A stretch of DNA of 42,462 nucleotides from Escherichia phage 26, in the sequence record NC_073320.1. The stretch is one strand, 5' to 3'. Every line of letters begins with the position of its first letter. Position 1 is the first letter of the stretch. The translations under genes and the position numbers were made by a program. The notes beneath the pieces were generated by a model. It was given only the letters and a program-made list of their open reading frames with translations. It was not told the DNA's origin and did no database searches. Positions 24,626 through 34,288 of this stretch are shown piece by piece.

Positions 24626-25138
24626 ATGCCGCTAATCGTGGAAGATGGGTCAATAGTACCCGGCGCTGACAGTTACATTAGTCTGGCTGACGCCCGCGCG
24701 TTAGCGGCTAATTATGGTCTGGAGTTGCCCGCGGATGATACAGCCGCAGAGGTGGCCTTGCGCAATGGTGCTACTTATGTCGGGCTGGCGGAGCCGCAGA
24801 TGTGCGGTCGTCGTGTGTCCGCTGAACAGTCTCTGGCGTATCCTCGCACTGGTGTAACATTGAATGGGTTCCCCGTCGCGAACAACGTTATTCCGGCGCA
24901 GTTAATCCTGGCGCAAGTAATCGCCGCGGTTACGTATGGCGCAGGCACTGATGTTCGGGCTAACTCTGATGGGCGTTCCGTGCAGACTGAGCGTGTTGAT
25001 GGTGTGGTGACAGTGACGTACTTCAACAACGGCAACAGTGGAGCTACAACTGCGATTACCGCTGCGGACGACGCCATACGCCCGTTATTGTGTGGTGGGC
25101 ATAACAATGGCTTCTCGTTTAACGTGTACCGGGGTTAA
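24626..25138 (+). CDS. head-tail joining protein (by position)
   Basis: 170-aa ORF in connector region. Confidence 0.4.
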   Translation: MPLIVEDGSIVPGADSYISLADARALAANYGLELPADDTAAEVALRNGATYVGLAEPQMCGRRVSAEQSLAYPRTGVTLNGFPVANNVIPAQLILAQVIAAVTYGAGTDVRANSDGRSVQTERVDGVVTVTYFNNGNSGATTAITAADDAIRPLLCGGHNNGFSFNVYRG

Positions 25139-25140
25139 AA

Positions 25141-25755
25141 ATGGCGAAGACTAAAACAGAGATGTTTACCCTTATCGGTGAGAACCTCCCCGATAACACC
25201 ACCGGACTTATTACCCCCGAGAAATTACGAGAAGTAATGACGCAGATGGCAGACTCGCCTATTTACGCCACTCCTGGTGTTAAAGAGGTTGAAGTTCTCC
25301 GTGCCGCGTCGACCGCGATACAAGCGCCTACCGCCGCAGACACAGCATTGCAGTTATCGTTTGGCTCCGCCCAGGGGAGCGCATCTGACCCGGTAATGAT
25401 TAATGCAGCGGGGCTGGTTACGTTCAACACCGCAGGTAACTACGCCGTTCGCATCAAGTTACAGGCTGGCCGCACCGGCGCTAGTGGGACGTCCATCCTG
25501 TTATCACGCATTCTCCTGAACGGCGCTCAGTACGGTTCTCCCGCAGCCACAAAACTGGTAAGCGCCGATACTACAATCCCGATTGAATCCCGCGTTGTCA
25601 TTAACCCTACCGCAGGCCAGACGTTTGCCGTTCAGATTATGCGGGACAGCGCCGGGAGTAACTTCGGTGGCGTATACCCTCAAGCGGCTACCGTAACTGC
25701 ATGGGGTACAGCACCGTCCGCTCTACTGGTTATCTCGAGACTGGAGGCAGCCTGA
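25141..25755 (+). CDS. hypothetical structural protein, 204 aa
   Basis: ORF in connector region. Confidence 0.45.
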   Translation: MAKTKTEMFTLIGENLPDNTTGLITPEKLREVMTQMADSPIYATPGVKEVEVLRAASTAIQAPTAADTALQLSFGSAQGSASDPVMINAAGLVTFNTAGNYAVRIKLQAGRTGASGTSILLSRILLNGAQYGSPAATKLVSADTTIPIESRVVINPTAGQTFAVQIMRDSAGSNFGGVYPQAATVTAWGTAPSALLVISRLEAA

Positions 25756-26114
25756 TGAGCACCGCTTTCAGTAAACGTATGCAAGGTGTAGGTACGCGCC
25801 TGCTAACCAAATTCGGCAGCACGGCATCCCTTGTTCGCACTGGCTCGAAAGTATGGGATGAGGTTCTCGGTGAGTTCGTCTGGTCTGACGATGAAGTGTT
25901 GCCGTTGAAGGCTGTTCCGGTTCCGGTTAACGCAGGACTGGTAAACGGTACGACGATTCAGGCGGGCGACATGATTGTTAAAGCAGATTGCAGCGTCGTT
26001 CCGAAGATGGAAGACAAGGTGCAATTCGGCGGCGAGCAATGGTCTGTCGAAGCCATCGAGAAGAAGATGGTTAACGATGATGTCGTGGCCTACTTTATCC
26101 AGGTGAGAAAATGA
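25755..26114 (+). CDS. hypothetical structural protein, 119 aa
   Basis: start at ATG 25755 overlapping upstream stop. Confidence 0.45.
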   Translation: MSTAFSKRMQGVGTRLLTKFGSTASLVRTGSKVWDEVLGEFVWSDDEVLPLKAVPVPVNAGLVNGTTIQAGDMIVKADCSVVPKMEDKVQFGGEQWSVEAIEKKMVNDDVVAYFIQVRK

Positions 26115-26506
26115 GTTTCGCGCTTGATGTCTCTAAGTTCGTGGAAAAGGCGAAGAAGAACCCTGAGAAGGTAATGCGTCAGGTGTCTATCAAGCTATTT
26201 TCCGCTATTATAAAGGCGAGTCCGGTGGATACTGGCCGCTTTCGTATGAACTGGATGGCATCTGGTGGTACTCCTGCCGCCGGAACTACAGACGCTACGG
26301 ATAAATCAGGAAACACGGCAGCCGGAAACGCTACAAGTTTTGTTCTGAACGCCGCTGACTGGCGCGATTTCACGCTGACGAACAACCTGCCGTATGCACA
26401 ACGGCTGGAGTACGGCTGGTCGCAACAGGCCCCGCAAGGATTTGTCAGGGTAAATGTGTCCCGCTTCCAGCAACTCATTAACGAAGAAGCCAACAAGGTG
26501 AAATAA
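26111..26506 (+). CDS. head-tail/tail completion protein (by position)
   Basis: ATGA overlap; connector region. Confidence 0.45.
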   Translation: MSFALDVSKFVEKAKKNPEKVMRQVSIKLFSAIIKASPVDTGRFRMNWMASGGTPAAGTTDATDKSGNTAAGNATSFVLNAADWRDFTLTNNLPYAQRLEYGWSQQAPQGFVRVNVSRFQQLINEEANKVK

Positions 26507-26919
26507 TGGGCTACTTTGAGGACTTAACCAAAGCGTTCGATGTGCCGCTGGTAACATTCGGAACAACCAACGGCATCAAGGTCGCGCTTGAAAATATCGA
26601 CGCGCCGACGTCAACCAATACCCCGTATCTGGCAAGTTACATGTTGCTGGCGAATACGGAACAGGCGGATTTGTTCTTCACGGAACAACGCGCCGGTGTT
26701 TATCAGGTAGACATTAACTACGCATCGGTGAAAGGTAGCGCGCCAATCAATAAAATGGCAGACTTACTTAACACGGCGTTTAAAGCAGGTAAGTCATTTT
26801 CGCGTAACGACATCTGCGCCGAGGTTCAATCGGTTAGCCTGGGGCCGCTGATTGTAGAAAACGGATGGGCCAAACGACCATTGTCTATTAACTTTATTGC
26901 ATTCACCAAGAGGCTGTGA
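26506..26919 (+). CDS. tail terminator-like protein (by position)
   Basis: 137-aa ORF directly before tail tube gene. Confidence 0.45.
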   Translation: MGYFEDLTKAFDVPLVTFGTTNGIKVALENIDAPTSTNTPYLASYMLLANTEQADLFFTEQRAGVYQVDINYASVKGSAPINKMADLLNTAFKAGKSFSRNDICAEVQSVSLGPLIVENGWAKRPLSINFIAFTKRL

Positions 26920-28088
26920 ATATGGCTACAACTCCTTTTAAGGGCGCGACTACCGCGCAATTCTATGTGGCGGAAGTCACCCCGGGCGTAACACCGACTA
27001 ACCCAGTATGGTCGCCGTTGCGTAACACAGGTGGCGTCCCCGCCATTACCCGCGACACACTGACCTCCAACGAACTGGACGGCAGCCGTGAAACTACATC
27101 CATCCGCACGGGCAACAAACAGGTTAGCGGGGAGTACGCCATTGAGCTTAGCTCGAAAAGCCAGGATGACTGGTTAGCGGGTGCTTTAGGCTCTACGTGG
27201 CAATCCGGTGTATCCTTGGCTGACCTGTCAATTACCGTAGCACCGGCTGGCAAGACGTTCACCCGTGCTGATGGCAGCTTCATTACTGACGGCGTTGAAG
27301 TAGGCGACCTGATTGCGTTTACCGACTTAACCGGTGACAACGCAAAACCATTTATCGTCACTGCGGTAGAGGCACTGGTATTGACCGGTGCGGGCATCCA
27401 GCACACTCTCACCACAGAGACCGCTACTACTGCGGCTAAGACCGGCGACAAACTGGAAACCGGTAGCCAGTGTAAGACGTTCTCTATTCTCACATGGTAC
27501 AAAGGCCAGTGCGGCGGGACTGACGCGTACACGCTTACCAAAGGCGTGGAAGTTTCAGGTTTTACCGTCGAGCAGGCTGTTAACGCGATGGTAACGGGCA
27601 GCTTCCCGTTCATCGGGCGCAGCCAGGAGATTCTCACTACGCCACCGTCTGGTTCTGATTTCTCCTCTGTTACGTTTGGTGATGAGCCGTTCTCCTCGGT
27701 TGACGTTTCTGTGTTCGACGGTTCTACGCCGTTGCGTTGTGATAGCCTGACCATCACCAACGATAACAGCGCGTCCGCGCAGTTCGAACTCGGCAACACT
27801 AACGTAGCGTTTGTGGAACGTAGCCGCGCGGCTAACACCTTCTCCATCTCCGGTAAGCTGTACGACATGGCGATGATTCAGAAGTTTATCAACGAGCAGC
27901 AGGTAGAGATTAACTCTATTCTGGCGGGGGTAAACGGGGCTATGTCTTTCAGTCTGAAACGCGCAGAACTCACGGCGGTTACACCAGAGATTGGCGGACC
28001 TGAGTCAATCACTCAGTCCATTGAAGGCCAGGCTACCGGCAACCAGTATCAGTCGTCTATCGTTATCCAGCGTATTAGCTACGCATAA
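26916..28088 (+). CDS. major tail (tube) protein
   Basis: 390 aa upstream of chaperone/tape-measure genes; followed by strong terminator. Confidence 0.6.
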   Translation: MNMATTPFKGATTAQFYVAEVTPGVTPTNPVWSPLRNTGGVPAITRDTLTSNELDGSRETTSIRTGNKQVSGEYAIELSSKSQDDWLAGALGSTWQSGVSLADLSITVAPAGKTFTRADGSFITDGVEVGDLIAFTDLTGDNAKPFIVTAVEALVLTGAGIQHTLTTETATTAAKTGDKLETGSQCKTFSILTWYKGQCGGTDAYTLTKGVEVSGFTVEQAVNAMVTGSFPFIGRSQEILTTPPSGSDFSSVTFGDEPFSSVDVSVFDGSTPLRCDSLTITNDNSASAQFELGNTNVAFVERSRAANTFSISGKLYDMAMIQKFINEQQVEINSILAGVNGAMSFSLKRAELTAVTPEIGGPESITQSIEGQATGNQYQSSIVIQRISYA

Positions 28089-28116
28089 AACTAAGGCCCC
28101 TTTCGGGGCCTTTTTC
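28089..28116. terminator. bidirectional terminator AAGGCCCC-TTTC-GGGGCCTT
   Basis: 8-bp GC stem then T-run; between convergent tail tube (+) and moron cassette (-). Confidence 0.65.
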
Positions 28117-28347
28117 TTACTCGTCGATATTGCTTCGATACTCCCGTAACTTCTCCAGACTTTCAATTGCTTCCGCTAAGTCGGTTCCGGTGTCCTTGTG
28201 CCCACGAAGACCCATACACAGCAGCTTCTTCAATGCGTGCTGTAGCGCCGGGTCGCGTATATCGAAGGCGCGTAGCACATCGTAAACGTCTACTGTCATT
28301 GTGCTGCCGTGAGTATTTGTCATTGTGCGGTTGTATTTTGAAGTCAT
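28117..28347 (-). CDS. hypothetical protein, 76 aa (moron cassette gene 3)
   Basis: ATGA overlap with phosphoesterase stop. Confidence 0.5.
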   Translation of the reverse strand: MTSKYNRTMTNTHGSTMTVDVYDVLRAFDIRDPALQHALKKLLCMGLRGHKDTGTDLAEAIESLEKLREYRSNIDE

Positions 28348-29474
28348 CCCAGCATCTCCGGTGAAATAGTTAAACGTGCGACCTCTCCATATTCTGCGCT
28401 ATATGTTATCACGTTAGCGCTACGACCAGACATCCATCCACCGCGGGAGGCGTATGCGTCTTTCGCGGCTAAGGTGCGGTGTTGCTCAACAATCATGTTA
28501 CGGCTTTCTACAATCTTCTGATGGTGCAGGTGGCCTACGTGGGCGTAGCTATAAACACTCTCGCCAAACGCTTTGCGGAACTTAGCTATCATAATGGGCT
28601 CGACCACCTCAAACCGGCATTTATGCCCGTGGGTAAAGAACAGCGTCGTTTTGCCGTGTCGCACCATCTTGTAAACATCCGGCGACGTATCGACGAACAC
28701 ACGCGGCTCGTTGTCGTACAGCGTACTGAACATCTCGGCCAGCCAAATCATTCCGCTTTCATCGTGGTTCCCTTGCACTATAAGCAAGCGAACATTTTTA
28801 TGCTTAACCAGCGCCATATCTACAACACGGCGCACCATACGAATCATGTAGCGAACAAGTTTTTGGTAGCGAGTGTCCGCGTCAAGGGCGTGACCGCTTG
28901 CCGGCGTAACGGCAACCAGACTATCGAAGTGCGCGAAGTCACCTAACAGGTTAATAACTCCGGTTCCAGCGTCCGGCGCTTTCTGAAACGCCGCGTCGAA
29001 CCATCGGGAGAACAGGCCTTCCGCAATCTTCATATCCCAGTCGTCGCCGCTCTCGTCGGCCCAGGCCAGCATGCCGAGATGGAAATCTGATACCGTGTAA
29101 AGATTGAGTAGTTTATCGTCTCGTTTAGCGCGAACGGCTTTAACAGGCGCAACTGGAGTAATCTCTGACTTCATGCCTTCGATTACGGCTTTCATTAACT
29201 CGACCTGACGTTCGGCGTCAGTGTCGGTCTTAACCCATTGCAATTTAGTGTTGCCGAACTCGTCCACCAGTGACGACGTTCCTTTAATCTTGTAGCCGTC
29301 TGGTACAAGATGACTGACGTCGCGGCCGTGTCCCACGCCTTTCTTAGCCAGCTTTGCTTTACGGATACGAATTACGCGGTCTGAGATGCCATATTTACGG
29401 GCTATATAGATAGTTTTAACTCCGGCGTTCAATTCTTCCTGTAACTGTTCGTCGGTTATTTTCTTCCGGGCCAT
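28344..29474 (-). CDS. HTH domain - calcineurin-like metallophosphoesterase fusion (moron cassette gene 2)
   Basis: N-terminal MARKKITDEQLQEELNAGVKTIYIARKYGISDR; phosphoesterase motifs SDFHLG, GDFAHFD, GNHD, THGH, GHLHH. Confidence 0.7.
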   Translation of the reverse strand: MARKKITDEQLQEELNAGVKTIYIARKYGISDRVIRIRKAKLAKKGVGHGRDVSHLVPDGYKIKGTSSLVDEFGNTKLQWVKTDTDAERQVELMKAVIEGMKSEITPVAPVKAVRAKRDDKLLNLYTVSDFHLGMLAWADESGDDWDMKIAEGLFSRWFDAAFQKAPDAGTGVINLLGDFAHFDSLVAVTPASGHALDADTRYQKLVRYMIRMVRRVVDMALVKHKNVRLLIVQGNHDESGMIWLAEMFSTLYDNEPRVFVDTSPDVYKMVRHGKTTLFFTHGHKCRFEVVEPIMIAKFRKAFGESVYSYAHVGHLHHQKIVESRNMIVEQHRTLAAKDAYASRGGWMSGRSANVITYSAEYGEVARLTISPEMLG

Positions 29475-29512
29475 GCTTACTTCCTCGTGTTTAGGATTTG
29501 TCCTATGCTAGC

Positions 29513-29704
29513 TCACTTCTCGTTAACATTCGAGTTGCAAGCCCAGATTAAAATAAATACCCACGGCAACAGAACCCAACCAAGAAATAGATTAGCCATG
29601 AATATCGCCAACTTCGCTTTATGGTTGCGGAAATACGCAACCAGGAAAGGCGCGAAATAAGCGAGCAGTGCAAACAGAATTAAGGAAACTGGTAAACTTG
29701 ACAT
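29513..29704 (-). CDS. small two-TM membrane protein, superinfection-immunity (Imm)-like (moron cassette gene 1)
   Basis: FAPFLVAYFRNHK..FLGWVLLPW; start ATG 29704 after GGAGGG (track ORF begins at 29719); family match from memory. Confidence 0.5.
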   Translation of the reverse strand: MSSLPVSLILFALLAYFAPFLVAYFRNHKAKLAIFMANLFLGWVLLPWVFILIWACNSNVNEK

Positions 29705-29731
29705 TTTAAATCCCTCCATTGTTGGTGTGGG

Positions 29732-29754
29732 TGAATAGTACCCTATTATATTGG
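29732..29754. promoter_or_regulatory. 23-bp promoter-like element TGAATAGTACCCTATTATATTGG, copy 2
   Basis: identical to 19486-19508; reverse complement supplies TATAAT about 40 nt upstream of the Imm-like gene start. Confidence 0.5.
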
Positions 29755-29871
29755 GGTGCGCAAGTAGTGTGCTAGAATAATTTTGCGCCTAGTGTCGCAC
29801 ACGAAAAGCGGGTGGTTCCCGTCTGGCGCATTTATCGTTAACCAGTAACCTCTTAACCAAAGGATTAAAGA

Positions 29872-30288
29872 ATGAAACTTTCTGATTTTTATTTCGAAGA
29901 GAAAGCACTGGTAGGCAAGAAGATGCCTATTCTCCTGCCAAATGGTGAAGACTCAGGGGAATGGCTTAATGTTGTAAATCCGGATGCGGATGCCGCCGTT
30001 AAAGCGGGGCGTGCTTTCATTATCGCGTACCGCCGCGGGCTAGCGCGTTTTGAAGAACTGGAAAAAGCCGCCAAAGATTCCGGCGACTATACTGAATATA
30101 ACCTGGCGGTTAACGAACTGGCGGAAGACCTCAACCGGCAACTTGCGGCAGAAGTCGTAAACGGGTGGAGCTTTGATGAGCCTTTCTCTAAGGAAGAATT
30201 TAATAATCTCCTCTGCCAGTTCAAGGCATTAGGCACACAGGTTGCAGCGTTCCATAACGCCGAGCGCAAAGCATTACAGGAAAAGTAG
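29872..30288 (+). CDS. tail assembly chaperone (G-like)
   Basis: 138-aa ORF before tape measure; overlapping -1 frame ORF downstream. Confidence 0.6.
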   Translation: MKLSDFYFEEKALVGKKMPILLPNGEDSGEWLNVVNPDADAAVKAGRAFIIAYRRGLARFEELEKAAKDSGDYTEYNLAVNELAEDLNRQLAAEVVNGWSFDEPFSKEEFNNLLCQFKALGTQVAAFHNAERKALQEK

Positions 30289-30653
30289 ACGCGCTGTACA
30301 GGTTCGCCACCTATGAGTTTGTGGATAAGCATAAAATCAGAGAGTTTGATTCTATAGCTGACGGACACGAACAGGCGCTTATCGCGATGGGTGTAATCGA
30401 TAAGAAAAAACGTGCAGCGCGACGGGGTGGGCCAGAATGCCCGCCCCTTTTTATATCCACCTTTGAGACGTATTGCGACATTAAGTTTACGCGACACGTG
30501 CGCGAGGACGCTGTAGTATTGTTTGCAAGAGAATCCGTTACATGGCAAGACCTGAAAGCCTATCTCGGTGTTACGCAAAAGCAGCTTAGTCTGTTCGAGA
30601 TAGACATTATCATGGGCTTAGAAGCAATCTTTGAAGGTAGAAATCATGGCTGA
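30258..30653 (+). CDS. tail assembly chaperone -1 frameshift extension (GT-like)
   Basis: -1 frame open from 30258 to 30653, overlapping the last 10 codons of the chaperone; candidate slip site G GAA AAG / A AAA G at 30279-30285 just before the TAG stop. Confidence 0.45.
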   Translation, partial: RRAQSITGKVDALYRFATYEFVDKHKIREFDSIADGHEQALIAMGVIDKKKRAARRGGPECPPLFISTFETYCDIKFTRHVREDAVVLFARESVTWQDLKAYLGVTQKQLSLFEIDIIMGLEAIFEGRNHG

Positions 30654-32916
30654 TACCGCTAGTTTGATAGTACGAGTATCATCGACCGGCGTCGATAAAA
30701 CCACATCACAACTGAACGGGCTTACCAAAGCCGCAGGTGCTGCCGCGGCTGCCGTTGTCAGTCTGGAAACCGCAAAACAGGTGTTCAGTGCGCTGGTGGA
30801 CTCCCAGCGCAACTTCGATAAACTGAACTCCGGCCTCATCACAATGACCGGGAGTGCTGAGAACGCGGCAAAGGCTTTCAGTGTCCTGCAACAGTTCGCT
30901 AAAGAAACTCCATACGGCCTTAACCAGGCGGTAGAGGGTTTTACCAAGCTAGTAGCGCTCGGGCTTAACCCCAGCAAAGAGGCATTAATCTCCTACGGCA
31001 ACACCGCGGCGGCTATGGGTAAAGACCTTAATCAGATGATTGAGGCCGTGGCGGACGCCAGTACCTTTGAGTTTGAGCGACTGAAAGAGTTTGGCATCAA
31101 GTCGTCGCAGCAGGCGGATACGGTTTCGTTCACGTTCCGTGGCGTAACGACTACTGTTAAGAAGAACTCCGAAGAGATTCAGAAATACCTGTTAAACATC
31201 GGTAACACTGATTTCGCCGGGGCGATGGAGACGCGCTCGAAGACCTTAGACGGTCAGTTGTCGAGCCTGGCGGACTCTTTCGACGGCCTTGTACTTGCCG
31301 TAGCGCAGTCTGGTTTCGGTGATGCGGTAGGCGAACAAGCCGCGACAGCAGAAGATGCCATCACGGCACTCACCGACGCAATCGCGTCTAACGAGATAGC
31401 CGCTACGCTCCAGGATTGGGTGACGCTGTTCAATGAGTCGTTCAAGTTTATTTCTGATGCTTTGAACGACCTTGCGTATGACACAGAAGACAAATCGGCG
31501 GACATGTCGGATTCGCTTGGCACAATCCCTGACGCTATCCGTGAGTGGTTGCCGGATATCCAGCAGACTTTCCACGAGGTTATTGCATGGTTCCAGCGCA
31601 TCGACGACTATGCTGTGGCGTTAGGGCAGACACTTGCCGATGTGTTCGACCCAAGCAAAACGGCAGCGCTCACATTTAAAAACCTGACCGCGGAGGCCGA
31701 CGCCGCGTATGCCGCCAGCATAAAACGCGCTGAGGCGGAATCCCAGGCTATTACTGACAGGTCGAAACAGCGTAAAAAAGAAATTGAGGAACAGCGCAAA
31801 CAGTATGACGAGCGCAAGAAACAAGAAATTGACTTAGCCAGCCTTGTTAATAAAAAAAGCGGGACTGGCGGGGCGGGAGCTACCGACGATAAAGCTGCGA
31901 AAGCCGCCGCTAAGAAAGCAGAGCAATTGCGGAATCAGGCGCAAGATTACCTCGACACTTTGGCCCGTCAGAACAATGACGAGCTAAAAGCCATTGACGC
32001 ACAGGAACAGCAGAAACTGGCTAAAGCGAAAGAGTTCTACAGTCAGGGCGCGCTGTCGTTAAAAGAGTACGAACAGGCTAAAACTGCCATTGTTCTTGAG
32101 GCAGGGCAAAAACGACAAGATGAACTTGATAAACGCCAGAAAGAAGCCCAGGAGAAGCAGCAGAAAGGTGATGATTTCATGGCTCAGATTATGGGTCAGA
32201 ACGCTACTGAGCTTGAGCTTCTCGACATCCAGGAACAGCAGAAACTGGCTGTCGCCGATAAGTATCGAGAACAGGGGCTTATTAACGAGGAACAGTATCA
32301 GGCGGCGCTTAACGCCATCAATGAGCAGTATGCCACGAAACGTGCAGATGCTTTAGGTAGTTCTTTCGGTGACATGGCGGCTAATGCTAAAACGGCATTT
32401 GGCGAGGCGTCCACAGCGTATAAAGCGTTCGCTATTGCACAGGCCACTATCGCAACATACACGTCGGCTATCGAAGCATATAAGTCTACCGCAGCGATAC
32501 CGGTTGTCGGCCCATTCCTGGCGCCGGTTGCCGCGGCTACTGCCGTTGCCGCGGGGCTGGCTAATATAGCCAAAATCCGCTCGGCGCGTGAGCAGGGTGG
32601 CCAGTTATCGGCAGGCCAGATGTCTACCATCGCGGAACGTGGTAAGCCAGAAGTTATCATGCCTGCGGGCGCGTCACGCGTGCGCACCGCGCAGCAGATG
32701 AAAGAGATTATGGGACAAAATGGTGGCAACTCGGGCGGCGATAACGTCACCATAGTCAACAATACCACAGGGCGTGTGGATTCTGCCGTAACAGAACGTG
32801 ATGACGAAGGGCGTTTACGTATTATAATCAGTGAAACAGTAGCGTCGCAGTTACAGGATAACAACTCACCAATTTCTAAAGCTCGCCGCTCTACTCGCGG
32901 TCAGCCGGGGTATTAA
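30646..32916 (+). CDS. tape measure protein
   Basis: 756 aa, long coiled-coil with internal repeats, Ala/Gly-rich hydrophobic segment; start ATG 30646. Confidence 0.8.
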   Translation: MADTASLIVRVSSTGVDKTTSQLNGLTKAAGAAAAAVVSLETAKQVFSALVDSQRNFDKLNSGLITMTGSAENAAKAFSVLQQFAKETPYGLNQAVEGFTKLVALGLNPSKEALISYGNTAAAMGKDLNQMIEAVADASTFEFERLKEFGIKSSQQADTVSFTFRGVTTTVKKNSEEIQKYLLNIGNTDFAGAMETRSKTLDGQLSSLADSFDGLVLAVAQSGFGDAVGEQAATAEDAITALTDAIASNEIAATLQDWVTLFNESFKFISDALNDLAYDTEDKSADMSDSLGTIPDAIREWLPDIQQTFHEVIAWFQRIDDYAVALGQTLADVFDPSKTAALTFKNLTAEADAAYAASIKRAEAESQAITDRSKQRKKEIEEQRKQYDERKKQEIDLASLVNKKSGTGGAGATDDKAAKAAAKKAEQLRNQAQDYLDTLARQNNDELKAIDAQEQQKLAKAKEFYSQGALSLKEYEQAKTAIVLEAGQKRQDELDKRQKEAQEKQQKGDDFMAQIMGQNATELELLDIQEQQKLAVADKYREQGLINEEQYQAALNAINEQYATKRADALGSSFGDMAANAKTAFGEASTAYKAFAIAQATIATYTSAIEAYKSTAAIPVVGPFLAPVAAATAVAAGLANIAKIRSAREQGGQLSAGQMSTIAERGKPEVIMPAGASRVRTAQQMKEIMGQNGGNSGGDNVTIVNNTTGRVDSAVTERDDEGRLRIIISETVASQLQDNNSPISKARRSTRGQPGY

Positions 32917-32919
32917 TTA

Positions 32920-33414
32920 ATGAGCGATTTGAGGTTCCCTATGTCCCTTCGGCCTATAGTGTCGAAGGGGTACTCCCAGACCAGAGGGAGTAATATCTGG
33001 CGCACCGAGGTTCAGGGCGGATTACCTCGTCAGGGGCGAGACACGTACTTCGAACCGGTCCCCATTAGTGTAACGCTTGTCGTGTCTTCTCTCGGGCGTC
33101 AGGCGTTCTATAGCTTTCTTAATAACATAGACGGTGGCGCGTCTTCGTTTATCATGCCGCATGACACCGGTTTAGGTATTGAAGACCACCAGGTGCTTAT
33201 CACGTCGGACATTAGTGACAGCACCGACGATGGCAAGAACTGGGTAATCTCGTTCACTGCTACGGCGGAGAGAACAGCGATTCAGGAAGACACATGTCTT
33301 ACGAAGAATCTGCCCGATTTGTTCGGTTGTTATGGCGATTGCTTAGGCGGTTTCCTTAAAGCATACGGATCTGCACAATCAACGTTTCCACGAATTTGGG
33401 GCCCAATGCAATGA
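32920..33414 (+). CDS. minor tail protein (distal tail)
   Basis: 164-aa ORF directly after tape measure. Confidence 0.5.
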   Translation: MSDLRFPMSLRPIVSKGYSQTRGSNIWRTEVQGGLPRQGRDTYFEPVPISVTLVVSSLGRQAFYSFLNNIDGGASSFIMPHDTGLGIEDHQVLITSDISDSTDDGKNWVISFTATAERTAIQEDTCLTKNLPDLFGCYGDCLGGFLKAYGSAQSTFPRIWGPMQ

Positions 33415-33926
33415 GTCAGGAATCAGTAGAAGCCGCTTATCGCCGTAAACTGGCATCTAACCCAGACGGCGAACTGGATTACATTACTCTTGAAATAACG
33501 CACCCGCTTCTCTCGAAGCGGTGGCTGCTTGTGCGCGGTACGTCTGACCTTACCGCTACGCTTGAGACTGGCGAAACTGTTACGTTTGAAGCCACCCCTA
33601 TGGACGCCAAGAACGCCGCGAACAATAATGACATGGACCAGACAGCATCATTCTCGCTGCCAGATGTTCTTAACATTCTCGATGAAGAGATGGACCGCAT
33701 CCCCTACAGCAATACGGAGATGCCTAAATTCATATTCCGTCGCTACGTAAGCACCGACCTGTCGTACCCGTGCGACGGCCCTGTAGTGTACGAGTTGCAG
33801 ACTTTGACGCAAGAAAAAGGCGTGTTCACCGCAGAGACCGGAACGCCTATGCTCAACCAACGGCAGACAGGAATCCTGATGACGCCGGAAGAGATACCGC
33901 TGTTGCGTGGGGTGCTTTTGTCATGA
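33411..33926 (+). CDS. minor tail protein
   Basis: 171 aa, ATGA overlap. Confidence 0.5.
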   Translation: MSQESVEAAYRRKLASNPDGELDYITLEITHPLLSKRWLLVRGTSDLTATLETGETVTFEATPMDAKNAANNNDMDQTASFSLPDVLNILDEEMDRIPYSNTEMPKFIFRRYVSTDLSYPCDGPVVYELQTLTQEKGVFTAETGTPMLNQRQTGILMTPEEIPLLRGVLLS

Positions 33927-34288
33927 GTATAACTGAATATACGGGCCTCCCTTATGATTTCCGTCGTTACAATTGTTGGCATCACGTGCGCAGGGTGCGC
34001 GGTGATGTTGGACTATCTACCCCGACTTTCGACGTAACCTCCCCGACGGCGATAGACGCGGCGTTTGACGCAGGTCACTCCAACCCTAAAGGTCTGGAAC
34101 GTGCCGCCAGTCCGCAGAACTATGACGCCGTGTTGCTAGGCAGCTACCACAGAGGGCGTGTAGTGTGGCATGCAGGCGTGTATTATGACGGTATGGTAAG
34201 CCACTGTGAGTTAGCGTCCAGACAAGTGCGCCTCGACCGCCTGGACGATTTACGCGACACATATCAGGAGATTGAATTTTGGCGATAG
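33923..34288 (+). CDS. minor tail protein with Cys/His motif (gpK-like?)
   Basis: 121 aa; YNCWHHVRRV; ATGA overlap. Confidence 0.4.
   Translation: MSITEYTGLPYDFRRYNCWHHVRRVRGDVGLSTPTFDVTSPTAIDAAFDAGHSNPKGLERAASPQNYDAVLLGSYHRGRVVWHAGVYYDGMVSHCELASRQVRLDRLDDLRDTYQEIEFWR

Noticed and set aside
26963-27868. 301-aa minus-strand ORF antisense to the tail tube gene
   Set aside because: Same reasoning; no RBS or promoter context, Ser/Pro/Val-rich low-complexity translation
32298-32864. 188-aa minus-strand ORF antisense to the tape measure gene
   Set aside because: Overlaps the tape measure coding frame; Ala-rich mirror of the tape measure's Ala-rich segment
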